From Caldisericaceae bacterium (GTDB lineage: Bacteria; Caldisericota; Caldisericia; Caldisericales; Caldisericaceae), in the NCBI GenBank assembly GCA_049967855.1, contig JBMFRX010000001.1:1-64000 (forward strand): a stretch of DNA of 64,000 bases, read 5' to 3'. This document shows positions 10,637-20,521 of the stretch, in pieces (the stretch's first letter is position 1; each line of letters begins with the position of its first letter). The notes under the pieces are model-generated. The model had not been told where the DNA came from, ran no database searches, and saw only the letters and a list, made by a program, of their open reading frames with translations. Position numbers and translations under genes: made by a program.

Positions 10637-11452
10637 TCAGACTGAGCTAGTCAGATTCTGTTCTTCTGTATTTGAAAGCGGCTGAAGCTTAATAACAGCA
10701 ATTTCTGGTGGAGAGCAGATTCTTAATCTTAAGTGGCTTTCGCCGATGCCTCTATTTACATACATATATGTTTCTTTGAATCCATATAAACCTCGAAGAA
10801 ACTTTATCCAGTATTTTGATGGAGAGTAAAGCGCAAATTTCAAAAATGGAATTGAGACTTGTCCTCCGTGCAGGTGTCCTGCCAAAATGAGTTTAGGTCT
10901 GTATGGCAGTGCCCTGTAAACTATGTCAGGAGAATGTGCAAGAAGAATTACAAAACTGCCCGTTGGAATTTTTCTGAAGGCTTCTGCAAGATTGTCCATA
11001 TTCCTGTAAGGATCGTCAACTCCTGCAATGTAAATCCCTTTTGCCAAAACAGATTCGTTTGTTAGTAGTTTTATACCTGTCGCTTCTATTTCTTGAATGA
11101 GACCATTCAAATTGTTCACTTTATGGTCCCAATTTCCTAAGACAGCAAACGTACGGGGGCAAACTTCTGTAATCTTGGACAGGAAGTCAGTGCAGCTTAA
11201 AACTTTTCTGTAACCTACAAAATCACCAGTAATAAAAACGAAATCAGGTTTCTCTTGCTTGATTACTTCTACGGTTTTTCTGAAAGGGCGGGAAATCCTT
11301 GTTGCATGTAAATCTGAAACTTGTATTATCTTGATAGGTTTAGCTAATTCTCTGAATTCAAAAGCTAAGTCGGTCCTCATAAGGAACTCTGGCTCAATCA
11401 AAAATCCATACAGAAAAATAGCTATAATTACTGACAGTATAATCAGAAGCAT
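10637..11452 (-). CDS. Membrane-anchored metallophosphoesterase (YkuE/YaeI-like)
   Basis: SDLH, TGDF, LGNWD, LAHSPD, AGHLHGGQ, RGIG motifs; N-terminal hydrophobic helix. Confidence 0.9.
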   Translation of the reverse strand: MLLIILSVIIAIFLYGFLIEPEFLMRTDLAFEFRELAKPIKIIQVSDLHATRISRPFRKTVEVIKQEKPDFVFITGDFVGYRKVLSCTDFLSKITEVCPRTFAVLGNWDHKVNNLNGLIQEIEATGIKLLTNESVLAKGIYIAGVDDPYRNMDNLAEAFRKIPTGSFVILLAHSPDIVYRALPYRPKLILAGHLHGGQVSIPFLKFALYSPSKYWIKFLRGLYGFKETYMYVNRGIGESHLRLRICSPPEIAVIKLQPLSNTEEQNLTSSV

Positions 11453-11465
11453 CTAGCGAATATTT

Positions 11466-12194
11466 CTATTCGATTTCCTTTCTCCTTACCCACTTTGCTC
11501 CCTCAGGAGTTATAAGCAGCACATCAATTGGACCGCCAACGGTTTTTGGGCGAGCCTGAAAGCGCATAGTATCAATCGTTGTTTTGATTGCGTAGGTTGC
11601 AAAGTCTATTGCATCCTGTAAAGGCATTGCATCCCAAATGATTGGAGGTTTTTGCACTTCTTTTGCCTGTCCCTGAGCATCTTTCATAAGGACTGGTTGA
11701 AGGATTTCTGCAATAATATCTCCTTCTCCTCCCCAGCTCGCTCCGTATAGGATTTGGTTGTTCTGTTTATTAAAATTTAAACGTTGAAGCTCGGCTCTCT
11801 TGATGTTGCAGTGGTATACGAACGGCATACTCACTCTATCCTTCTTTTTGTAGCCTGCAATATGAAATGATGTGTCAGCATTGGGAAAAGACCTCTTAAA
11901 GAAATTGAGTAACTTTTCAGCCACCATTTCAACGTCATCCTTTTCAGTCAGAGATTCTTCTTCAAAGGTTTTCATATGAAAATCTGTGGGTATTCTGCCA
12001 AGGAGCGATTCACCGAAAGTGCTGATACCAATAGCTTGCTTAGGTAACAAAAACGTTTTGTAAACGTAATCAGAACTTACAATTGGAATTGGTGTAGCCG
12101 TCGGTTCATCGGTACGTTGGAGAGAAACGGTTTGTCTGCTGTCAGAAGCCATAACGATTCCCGCAGGAACATAAACTGATATAATAAATGACAT
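11466..12194 (-). CDS. Uncharacterised Ntn-hydrolase / proteasome-beta-like fold protein
   Basis: N-terminal (M)S-hydrophobic strand-GIVMASDSR, K at YKTF, C-terminal TVGGPIDVLLITPEG; RBS AAGGAGG. Confidence 0.6.
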   Translation of the reverse strand: MSFIISVYVPAGIVMASDSRQTVSLQRTDEPTATPIPIVSSDYVYKTFLLPKQAIGISTFGESLLGRIPTDFHMKTFEEESLTEKDDVEMVAEKLLNFFKRSFPNADTSFHIAGYKKKDRVSMPFVYHCNIKRAELQRLNFNKQNNQILYGASWGGEGDIIAEILQPVLMKDAQGQAKEVQKPPIIWDAMPLQDAIDFATYAIKTTIDTMRFQARPKTVGGPIDVLLITPEGAKWVRRKEIE

Positions 12195-12239
12195 CTTTTT
12201 AACCTCCTTTAGTCTTTTTTATTATGAATTCTGTACATC

Positions 12240-13451
12240 TCAGTGCGCTTTTGTTAGATAATCTGTCTGTTCTTTGGTCAGCTTATCAATTTGTATGCCA
12301 TAGGAGTCAATAAATGTCTTTGCAATTCTAAGGTCTATTTCGTCAGGTACATCATAAACTTTATTCTCAAGCTTGTTCTTGATTAGAAACTCTGCCGCAA
12401 GTGCCTGAACTGCAAAAGAAAGGTCCATTATTTCAATTGGATGACCATCCGCACAGGTAAGATTCACAAGACGGCCTTCCCCAAGCACGTAAACCTTTCT
12501 ACCATTTGGCAGGGAATATTCAGTTATATTCTTTCTTACCTCTCTCTGTTCTTTTGAGATTTTTTTGAGCTCCTCCATCTTGACTTCGACATCAAAATGC
12601 CCTGCATTTGCAAGAATAGCTCCGTCTTTAAGCAATTCAAAGTGCCTGGTATCGATAACGTTTGTGTTACCAGTTGCCGTAACAAATATATCTCCGACCT
12701 TTGCAGCATCTTTCATCTGCATCACTTCAAAGCCATCCATATATGCTTCCATTGAGCTTATTGGATCAATCTCCGTTATGATTACTCTTGCACCAAGCCC
12801 CTTTGCACGCAGGGCAATTCCTTTACCAACCCATCCATAACCTGCAACTACTACTGTTTTTCCCATTATGGTGACGTTCGTAGTTCGCATAATTCCGTCC
12901 CAGGTAGATTGTCCTGTGCCGTATTTGTTATCAAAGAAATGTTTGCACTTTGCGTTGTTGACCGCTATTACAGGGAACTTGAGCTTACCTGATTTTTCCA
13001 GAGCTTTGTCTCTTATAACGCCTGTGGTCGTCTCTTCGTTTGCCCCAATTATTCCTTTAAGCAGTTCCTTCCTTTTGTTGTGTATCAGATATACTAAGTC
13101 ACCTCCATCATCTATTACTATATTTGGACCTATATCAAGAGTTTTGTTACGATTTTCCCAATACTCTTTTTCTGTTTCATTGTAGTGTGCAAAAACCGTC
13201 ATTCCTTTTTCTTTGAGTGCTTCCACTATATCGTCTTGTGTTGAGAGAGGGTTTGAACCAGTTACGTATATGTTTGCGCCTCCGCTTTTCAGCAACAATG
13301 ACAAATTTGCCGTCTTTGCTTCGAGATGGATCGATAAAGCCACATTAAACCCTTTGAATGGTTTTCTCTTTTCAAAATCTTTCTCAAGAGTCTTTAGTAA
13401 AGGCATATGCTGCTTTGCCCATTCGATTTTCATAGCTCCTTCGTTGTTCAT
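12240..13451 (-). CDS. ahcY: Adenosylhomocysteinase (SAH hydrolase)
   Basis: HLEAKTA, SNPLSTQD, EETTTG, FDNKYGTGQS, GYGWVGKG, NAGHFD, GRLVNL..ADGHP. Confidence 0.97.
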   Translation of the reverse strand: MNNEGAMKIEWAKQHMPLLKTLEKDFEKRKPFKGFNVALSIHLEAKTANLSLLLKSGGANIYVTGSNPLSTQDDIVEALKEKGMTVFAHYNETEKEYWENRNKTLDIGPNIVIDDGGDLVYLIHNKRKELLKGIIGANEETTTGVIRDKALEKSGKLKFPVIAVNNAKCKHFFDNKYGTGQSTWDGIMRTTNVTIMGKTVVVAGYGWVGKGIALRAKGLGARVIITEIDPISSMEAYMDGFEVMQMKDAAKVGDIFVTATGNTNVIDTRHFELLKDGAILANAGHFDVEVKMEELKKISKEQREVRKNITEYSLPNGRKVYVLGEGRLVNLTCADGHPIEIMDLSFAVQALAAEFLIKNKLENKVYDVPDEIDLRIAKTFIDSYGIQIDKLTKEQTDYLTKAH

Positions 13452-13565
13452 ATTTCCTCCTTAACGTATTTTAACAGTTTTTATGAGTTTTGCGAAATCA
13501 AGAGTTGGCAAGAATTTCGTCTATTTCAAAATAAGCGATTGGAAATTTACCAATCTTGCCTAATA

Positions 13566-13593
13566 TTGACACCAGAGATTTTTTGATTATAAT
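13566..13593 (+). promoter_or_regulatory. Sigma70-type promoter for the molybdo-hydroxylase operon
   Basis: TTGACA-16nt-TATAAT about 220 nt upstream of the start codon. Confidence 0.6.
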
Positions 13594-13812
13594 AATAACA
13601 ATTTTAATTCTTACGAGGCTGAATTCCTATGGGAGGGAAATGAAAACCTTTAGAGATTGCAATGTTTTTTTGTTTTTGGAAAGACAGGTTTTTTTCAAGA
13701 GTGTCGCTGTTTTAATGCGGCGTAAATCCTTCACCCGAATTATGAAAATGTTTTTTGATTCAATTTTCTTTTCTTCAGAGTGTATTTTTTCAATTTATGG
13801 GAGGTCAAAAAT

Positions 13813-16146
13813 ATGTCAGACTTGAAGTACGTAGGGAAGTATTACGAACGGCCAGATGCTATTAAGAAAGCAATAGGGAAAGCGATTTTCATTGATGACA
13901 TTCGCTTGCAGGATATGCTCTACGCAGAAATACTTACTCCTCCAATTGCTCATGCAAAAATTATTTCAATTGATACAAGTGAAGCTGAGAATAGTGAAGG
14001 CGTTGTAAAAGTTGTCACTGGAGAGCGCTGTAATATTACGTTTGGCGATTGCGTTCGCGATAGGTATCCGATGGCGACAGATAAGGTACGTTACATAGGG
14101 GAGCCTGTTGCTGCGGTGATTGCAAATTCTGTTCACAATGCAAGAGAAGCTGTCAAGAAAATAAAGGTAGAGTATGAGAAATTACCTGTTTATACAGATG
14201 CACTTGAAGCTATTAAAGAGGATGCAGTTCTTATTCATGAAAAAAATGGTGAATATTGGCATTTACCCACATATCAGCCAATTCCAAAAACAAATATTGC
14301 TATGCGTTACGCCCTCGTTAAAGGGAACGTTGAAAAAGGCTTTGAGGAGTCGGATGAAATTGTAGAAGGAGAGTTTGTTTATCCTTTTGGCTCCTCTGCG
14401 GCTATTGAGCCTCATGGAACAATTGCCTGGTTCCATGAAGACAAAACTATAGAAATATGGTCATCTTCAATTTGTCCGACTATCATTCAGGAGGATATTG
14501 CCCGCACTTATGGACGGCCCGTTTCTGACGTAAGGGTTCATATTCCTGAAATTGGTGGTTGCTTTGGATACAAATCCGATGTTACTATCGAGCAAACGGT
14601 TGCATATATTGCAAGTTTTGTTCCTGGCAGGCCTGTTAAATGGATTGCAACAAGGGCTCAGGATTTTACAAGCACACTCATAGGACATGGTGTTCGCATA
14701 CATATGAAGGTTGGAGCTAAAAAGGATGGAAAACTGGTTGCCGTAAAGTCAACCGTGTACCATTCTGTGGGAGCTTATGCGGACACGGGCGTCAATGTGA
14801 CTCAGGCTGCAACTCACACAGTTGGTCCATATGAGATACCAAATGTTTTTCTTGAAGGATTCTCTGTGTATACTAACACTCCTCCTGTTGGTGCCTATAG
14901 GGGATACGGTTATCAGTATCCGCATTTTGCTTTGGAAAGGTTGCTTAATATCCTTTCAAGAAAACTTGGTATTAATGAGTTGGATGTAAGATCAAAGAAT
15001 TATCTTACTGAAGGCAAGGAAACAGCTCTTGGAGAAAAAATATGGAAAACAAACGGTGATGTGCAGAAGTGTGCTGATAACGTGAAAGAGGTTCTATTTG
15101 CGAAACCGAAGCCAAGCGAAGATAGTAAATATTACTATGGAAGAGGATTTGCAGCCGTAATTAAAGGACCCAAAGGTACTCCAAACTCTGGAAAGGGCTG
15201 TTATATGAAGCTGAATATTGATGGAAGTGTAACAGTTATAATGGGTGGAGCTGAGGTAGGACAGGGTTTAAGGACTGTTGTGCGACAGGTAACGGCAGAA
15301 GCTTTAAAGATACCACCTGAAAAGGTTAGGGTGTACATGGAGCTTGATACTGATTTTTCTCCCTGGGAATGGCAGACCATAGGTTCTATGTTTACTACTC
15401 AGGGTGGAAGGGCGATAGTTCTCGCTGCAGATAGATTGATAAATATTATGAAGAAAAATGCTTCATACGCCTTAAAGTGTGACGAGGACTTATTGGATTA
15501 TGATGGGGAGTATGTTTTCCTCAAGTCTGATCCAAGCGTGAGAGTTCCTATAACCGATATTGCTCGTGGTTATATGACGGAGGGTGGAATTACTGTTGGT
15601 GAAGTTGTTCAAGCTACAAGTGCAGGCAGATTACCTCGATACTCCAACCCTGACCTCGAAAACGGAAGAGGTAATATGGGTGTGAATTACACTTTTGGAG
15701 CACAGGGATGTGAGATAAGGATAGAGAAAGAAACGGGAAAGGTGATTATTGACAATTTTGTTTCAAGTTTTGACATTGGCAGAGTTATAAATCCTGTTCA
15801 ACTAAGGGGCCAAATAGTTGGTGGAGTAATGATGGGTATCGGGGCGACTTTTTATGAGCAGCTAAAGTTTGATGAGAACGGGAAGATTCTAAACCCACAC
15901 TTTTCATCATATCGGTTCCCAACCATCAAAGATGCTCCTATGAAGCAGACTGTCATTTATGTTGAAACACCTGACGGAGTAGGTCCCTTTGGGGCAAGAG
16001 GAATAGGAGAGCATCCTGTATTAGGAGTTGCTCCTGCGATACTTAATGCTATTCAAGATGCAATTGGAGTTGATTTCTACGAGATTCCAGTAACGCCTGA
16101 CAAGATTAAGAGGGCTATTGAAGCGAAAAAAGGAGTGGTAATATGA
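13813..16146 (+). CDS. Xanthine dehydrogenase/aldehyde oxidoreductase family molybdopterin-binding subunit
   Basis: KVRYIGEPVAAV, GGCFGYK, GAYRGYG, GAEVGQG, GQIVGG, GPFGARGIGE; ATG at 13813 after GGGAGG. Confidence 0.93.
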   Translation: MSDLKYVGKYYERPDAIKKAIGKAIFIDDIRLQDMLYAEILTPPIAHAKIISIDTSEAENSEGVVKVVTGERCNITFGDCVRDRYPMATDKVRYIGEPVAAVIANSVHNAREAVKKIKVEYEKLPVYTDALEAIKEDAVLIHEKNGEYWHLPTYQPIPKTNIAMRYALVKGNVEKGFEESDEIVEGEFVYPFGSSAAIEPHGTIAWFHEDKTIEIWSSSICPTIIQEDIARTYGRPVSDVRVHIPEIGGCFGYKSDVTIEQTVAYIASFVPGRPVKWIATRAQDFTSTLIGHGVRIHMKVGAKKDGKLVAVKSTVYHSVGAYADTGVNVTQAATHTVGPYEIPNVFLEGFSVYTNTPPVGAYRGYGYQYPHFALERLLNILSRKLGINELDVRSKNYLTEGKETALGEKIWKTNGDVQKCADNVKEVLFAKPKPSEDSKYYYGRGFAAVIKGPKGTPNSGKGCYMKLNIDGSVTVIMGGAEVGQGLRTVVRQVTAEALKIPPEKVRVYMELDTDFSPWEWQTIGSMFTTQGGRAIVLAADRLINIMKKNASYALKCDEDLLDYDGEYVFLKSDPSVRVPITDIARGYMTEGGITVGEVVQATSAGRLPRYSNPDLENGRGNMGVNYTFGAQGCEIRIEKETGKVIIDNFVSSFDIGRVINPVQLRGQIVGGVMMGIGATFYEQLKFDENGKILNPHFSSYRFPTIKDAPMKQTVIYVETPDGVGPFGARGIGEHPVLGVAPAILNAIQDAIGVDFYEIPVTPDKIKRAIEAKKGVVI

Positions 16147-16658
16147 GTACTAAGGTAAACTTCACTGTTAACGGCACAGATAAAACTGTAGAAATAGAAG
16201 GATGGGAAAAACTCCTCGATGTGTTAAGAGAATATCTTAACCTCACGGGAGCCAAAAGAGGTTGTGATGATGGGACTTGTGGCGCTTGTACAGTGATTGT
16301 TAACGGAGAAGCAGTTAAAAGTTGTATGTTTCCTGCAAGTAAGCTCGAAGGTGCAAACATTGTTACAATTGAGGGCTTATCAAAAGAAGGAACTAACATT
16401 ATTCAAAAGTCCTTGATTGATGTTGGTGCAGTACAGTGTGGTTTCTGTACACCTGGCATAGTAGCAGAGTTAACTGTTCTTTTTACAAAGGTGCCTGAAG
16501 CAACAGAAGATCAGATAAAAGACGCCTTGTCTAAGCACCTTTGTAGGTGTACAGGATATGAAGCAATAATGCAAGGAGCAAAATCTGCGCAGAAGAAGCT
16601 TGAAGGGGCTAAGAAAGCTCAGGAACTTCTAAATGAAACGAGAAGTGAAAATAAGTAA
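16143..16658 (+). CDS. (2Fe-2S)-binding subunit of XDH-family enzyme
   Basis: GCDDGTCGACTV...SC, QCGFCTPG, LCRCTGY. Confidence 0.95.
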   Translation: MSTKVNFTVNGTDKTVEIEGWEKLLDVLREYLNLTGAKRGCDDGTCGACTVIVNGEAVKSCMFPASKLEGANIVTIEGLSKEGTNIIQKSLIDVGAVQCGFCTPGIVAELTVLFTKVPEATEDQIKDALSKHLCRCTGYEAIMQGAKSAQKKLEGAKKAQELLNETRSENK

Positions 16659-16680
16659 CTTAAAAATAGGAGGAGATAAA

Positions 16681-17889
16681 ATGCTGGACATTGTTATTCG
16701 TAAAGCAAATACAAGAAAATTCAAAGAACCTGTTGATATCGGAATAAGTGGCGGGAAAATAACGGAAATAGGAGAAATAAAAGAGAGTGGAAATTTCGAA
16801 ATTGATGCCTCATCAAAGCTTGTTACAGAGTCTTTTGTGAACACTCATTTACATCTTTGCAAAGTTTACACACTTATGATGATGAGTGAGGAAGCTCTTA
16901 AAGACTATCATGGTTCAGATATGGGCAAAGCAATGACTGCCATCGAACTAGCCGCAAAGATTAAAGAAAAGTACAATGAGGATTGGATAATTGAAAATGT
17001 ACGTAAAGCCTTGAAACTTGCAGCTCTTTATGGCGTTACTAATGTTAGGGCTTTCGCAGATGTTGATAGTAAAGCACGTATGGAAGGAGTAAAAGCACTA
17101 TTAAAAGCAAAAGAGGAGTTTAGAGGCGTTGTGGATGTACAAGTGGTTGCTTTTCCTCAGGACGGAGTAGTCAGGGAGAGTGGTGCATTTGACTTAATGC
17201 AACAGGCAATGGAATTGGGGGCAGATGTAGTAGGCGGAATACCTTGGATTGAATTTACCGATAAAGACGAACAGACTCATATTGACAAAATGTTTGAACT
17301 TGCAAAAAAATATAATAAAGATATATCAATGCTTGTGGACGATGCAGGAGACCCAACCCTTAAAACGCTTGAGATGCTTGCTGTAAAGACAATTGAGGAA
17401 GGTTGGAACGGGAGGGTGCTTGCTCACCATGCAAGAGCGATGTCAATGTACCCTACTCCCTACTTTATGAAACTCGTTTCCCTCTTGAAAAAGGGTAGAG
17501 TCGGAGTGGTAACTGACCCGCATACGGGTCCGTTACATGCCAGAGTGAGAGAGCTTATTAACGAGAAATCTCTAGTCGTTCTTGGGCAGGATGACATTTC
17601 TGATGCCTACTATCCTTTTGGAAGGAATAATATGCTTGAAGTGGCCTTCCTTGCATCCCATATTCTGTGGATGACATCATCAGATGATCTCGAGAAGTTA
17701 TACGACATGATAACAGTGGATGCTGCAAAAGCAATCAACGTGAGTAATTTTGAACTTAAGGTTGGTTCAAATGCTAACCTTGTAGTGCTGAAACAGCCAA
17801 ACGTTCTTGAAGCTCTTCGTTACCATGAGGAGCCTGAATTTGTTATAAATAACGGTAAAGTGATTGACCGCGAGAAATTTAGGCAGTAG
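16681..17889 (+). CDS. Amidohydrolase, cytosine/creatinine deaminase-like
   Basis: FVNTHLHLCK, VQVVAFPQDG, GADVVGGIP, GQDD..DAYYPFG; ATG at 16681 after AGGAGGAG. Confidence 0.85.
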   Translation: MLDIVIRKANTRKFKEPVDIGISGGKITEIGEIKESGNFEIDASSKLVTESFVNTHLHLCKVYTLMMMSEEALKDYHGSDMGKAMTAIELAAKIKEKYNEDWIIENVRKALKLAALYGVTNVRAFADVDSKARMEGVKALLKAKEEFRGVVDVQVVAFPQDGVVRESGAFDLMQQAMELGADVVGGIPWIEFTDKDEQTHIDKMFELAKKYNKDISMLVDDAGDPTLKTLEMLAVKTIEEGWNGRVLAHHARAMSMYPTPYFMKLVSLLKKGRVGVVTDPHTGPLHARVRELINEKSLVVLGQDDISDAYYPFGRNNMLEVAFLASHILWMTSSDDLEKLYDMITVDAAKAINVSNFELKVGSNANLVVLKQPNVLEALRYHEEPEFVINNGKVIDREKFRQ

Positions 17890-17916
17890 ATTATATAAAA
17901 TTCAAAGGAGGTAATT

Positions 17917-18918
17917 ATGAAGAAGTTGCTCGTAGCAGTACTGGCAGTAGCACTTTTAGTACCGTTGTTCACAGGTTGCACTCAAACAGCCCAGCCGACT
18001 CAACAGACTACTCAATTGAAGGTTGCGGCAGTTTACGCAACGCCTATTGAGGAGCCCTGGGATGGAGCAATTCACCAGGCATTGTTGAAAGCAAAATCAG
18101 ACCTGAACATTCAGTATGATTTTGTTGAGAACGTTGGTTATTCTGATTTTGAGAGAGTCCTCAGAGACTATGCCACAAAAGGCTACAATGTGATTTTTGG
18201 AGACGGATTTGGCTCTGAAGATGTTGTAAGGCGTGTTGCAAAGGACTTTCCTAATGTTGATTTCGTTTTCGGAATGGGTGGAGGAGCTATGGATCCAAAC
18301 CTCTCAGTCTTCGATGACTGGATTCAGGAACCTGCCTATCTTTGCGGAATGATAGCCGGAAAGATAACGAAAACAAACAATATTGGCGTTGTTTGCGCAA
18401 TCCCTGACCCAGAAGTAAATAGGATAGTTAATGCCTATATTGAGGGTGCGAAGAGCGTTAATTCAAAAGTCTATGTGCAAGTCTCTTTCATTGGGAGCTG
18501 GTTTGACCCTACAAAGGCAAAAGAAATGGCTCTTGCTCAGATAAGCAAAGGCGCTGATGTTATGTTTGCAGAACGCTACGGAGTTATTGATGCTTGTAAG
18601 GAAAAAGGTGTTTATGCTTTTGGAAACATACTTGATCAGAATTCTCTTGCTCCAGATATTGTAATAACAGGGCCAGTGTGGAATATGTATCCTACTGTTG
18701 AATATGTTATAAAGTCTGTTGAAAGCAAAGCCTTTGTAGCGCAAGATCTTAGAGAGTGGTCAATGATGGCGAAAGGTGGAGCAGAATTGGCTCCTTTCCA
18801 TGGCTTTGAGACAAAATTACCTGCTTCTGTTTTAGACCTTGTCACTAAGACTGAAGAGCAAATTAAGAGCGGAGAGTTTAGGGTGCCAGTAAATGAAGCA
18901 CCTCCAGTCAGCGGTTAA
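17917..18918 (+). CDS. BMP-family nucleoside ABC transporter substrate-binding lipoprotein
   Basis: Lipobox-like FTGC; AYLCGMIAG..TKTN.IG, IGSWFDP, GADV motifs. Confidence 0.9.
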   Translation: MKKLLVAVLAVALLVPLFTGCTQTAQPTQQTTQLKVAAVYATPIEEPWDGAIHQALLKAKSDLNIQYDFVENVGYSDFERVLRDYATKGYNVIFGDGFGSEDVVRRVAKDFPNVDFVFGMGGGAMDPNLSVFDDWIQEPAYLCGMIAGKITKTNNIGVVCAIPDPEVNRIVNAYIEGAKSVNSKVYVQVSFIGSWFDPTKAKEMALAQISKGADVMFAERYGVIDACKEKGVYAFGNILDQNSLAPDIVITGPVWNMYPTVEYVIKSVESKAFVAQDLREWSMMAKGGAELAPFHGFETKLPASVLDLVTKTEEQIKSGEFRVPVNEAPPVSG

Positions 18919-18938
18919 AATTTCTTTGTGATTTTTTT

Positions 18939-18962
18939 GTGCAGGGGTATATTCCCCTGCAC
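18939..18962 (+). terminator. Intercistronic hairpin after the substrate-binding protein gene
   Basis: GTGCAGGGG-TATATT-CCCCTGCAC. Confidence 0.6.
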
Positions 18963-18982
18963 TGTTGTTTAGAGGAGATTGT

Positions 18983-20521
18983 ATGGAAAAATACATAGAA
19001 ATGCTTAATATTAAAAAAACTTTTCTAAGCATGGTTGCCCTAAAGAACGTCAATTTTACGGTCAACAAAGGCGAGATTGTAACTCTGCTTGGTGAAAATG
19101 GCGCAGGAAAAACTACTCTTATGAAAATACTCTACGGCATGTATTCCAAAGACAGTGGAGAAATTTTTGTAGAGGGTAAGAGGGTAGAGATTAATGCTCC
19201 AAAAGATGCAATAAAGCTTGGTATAGGGATGGTACATCAGCATTTTACTCTCGTAAATACCTTGACAGTTCTTGAGAATGTTATACTTGGACTTCCTTCC
19301 CAGAAACCATTTATGCTTGATTTGAAATCTCACAGAGAAAGACTCTTACAAATTTCAAAAGGTTATGGTTTGGAGGTAAATCCGGATGCTTTGATATGGC
19401 AGCTTTCTGTAGGGGAAAGACAAAGGGTTGAAATAATAAAGGCGCTTTACAGAAATGCTAATGTGTTAATCTTAGATGAGCCCACGGCTGTTCTTACTCC
19501 ACAGGAGTCTGAGGATCTATTCAATACGCTTAATTTGTTAAAACGAGAAGGTAAGAGCGTTGTTTTCATTTCCCACAAGATGGAAGAAGTGATGGAAATA
19601 AGTGACAGAATTGTGATACTGAGAAACGGAGTAGTAACGGGTGAAAGGAAGAAAGAAGAAACTAACAGGTTGGAGCTTGCACGCCTTATGGTTGGAAAAG
19701 ATGTAATTGATGCACTTAGAGGTGAAAAATGCGAGGCAGGAAATGCTATTTTTAAGGTAAGCAGTCTTTCTGCTTTCAATGATAAGGGAATCGTTGCTTT
19801 AAATGATGTTTCTTTTGATATAAGAAAAGGCGAGATAGTTGGTTTGGCTGGCGTATCAGGAAACGGCCAGAAAGAGCTTGAAGATATAATTTGTGGTGTA
19901 AGGAAGGCAGAAAAGGGTAATATTTACATTGATGGTGAAGATATCACAGGAAAAACGCCCAAAGAACTTATTCAACTTGGTATTGGAAGGATCCCTGAGG
20001 ACAGAATGGAGGACGGGCTGATTTTAGATGCCCCCTTGCTTGAGAACCTTGTTATAGAGTATTATGATAAGCAGCCGATTTCAAAGGGAATGTTGATTGA
20101 CTACAGACAGATGGAAGCTTTAGCATCCAAACTAGTTGTCGAATACAACATAAAAGCTTCGAGCGTTTATGATTTAACAAGAACTCTTTCAGGAGGCAAT
20201 TTGCAGAAGGTCATTCTTGCGAGAGTCCTTTCAAGAGATCCCAAAATGATTGTTGCATCGCAGCCCACAAGAGGCTTGGATGTTGGTGCTACAGAATATA
20301 TTCACGAAAAACTACTTCAAGCAAAATCAGACGGAGCAGCAGTTCTACTGATTTCTGAGGATCTAAACGAAATCTTGCATCTGAGCGACAGAATTATGGT
20401 TATTTATGAAGGTAGGATAATGGGCATAATTGATAGAGAATGTGAGAATGTAAGTGTTGAAAAAATCGGTTTGATGATGGCAGGTAGTGCAAAGTTGGAG
20501 GTTGAAAATGAGTCAAATTAG
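18983..20521 (+). CDS. Nucleoside/sugar ABC transporter ATP-binding protein (tandem NBD)
   Basis: GENGAGKT, LSVGERQ, ILDEPT, LSGGNLQK, QPTRGLDVGA. Confidence 0.95.
   Translation: MEKYIEMLNIKKTFLSMVALKNVNFTVNKGEIVTLLGENGAGKTTLMKILYGMYSKDSGEIFVEGKRVEINAPKDAIKLGIGMVHQHFTLVNTLTVLENVILGLPSQKPFMLDLKSHRERLLQISKGYGLEVNPDALIWQLSVGERQRVEIIKALYRNANVLILDEPTAVLTPQESEDLFNTLNLLKREGKSVVFISHKMEEVMEISDRIVILRNGVVTGERKKEETNRLELARLMVGKDVIDALRGEKCEAGNAIFKVSSLSAFNDKGIVALNDVSFDIRKGEIVGLAGVSGNGQKELEDIICGVRKAEKGNIYIDGEDITGKTPKELIQLGIGRIPEDRMEDGLILDAPLLENLVIEYYDKQPISKGMLIDYRQMEALASKLVVEYNIKASSVYDLTRTLSGGNLQKVILARVLSRDPKMIVASQPTRGLDVGATEYIHEKLLQAKSDGAAVLLISEDLNEILHLSDRIMVIYEGRIMGIIDRECENVSVEKIGLMMAGSAKLEVENESN

Noticed and set aside
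5942..12194. Ubiquitin-like MoaD plus proteasome-like protein as a tagging/degradation system
   Set aside because: About 5 kb apart on opposite strands with unrelated genes between; no E1/ThiF or JAB gene in the window.
13452..13560. SAH/SAM riboswitch upstream of ahcY
   Set aside because: A likely -10 lies about 20 nt from the start codon, leaving no room, and no consensus motifs are visible.
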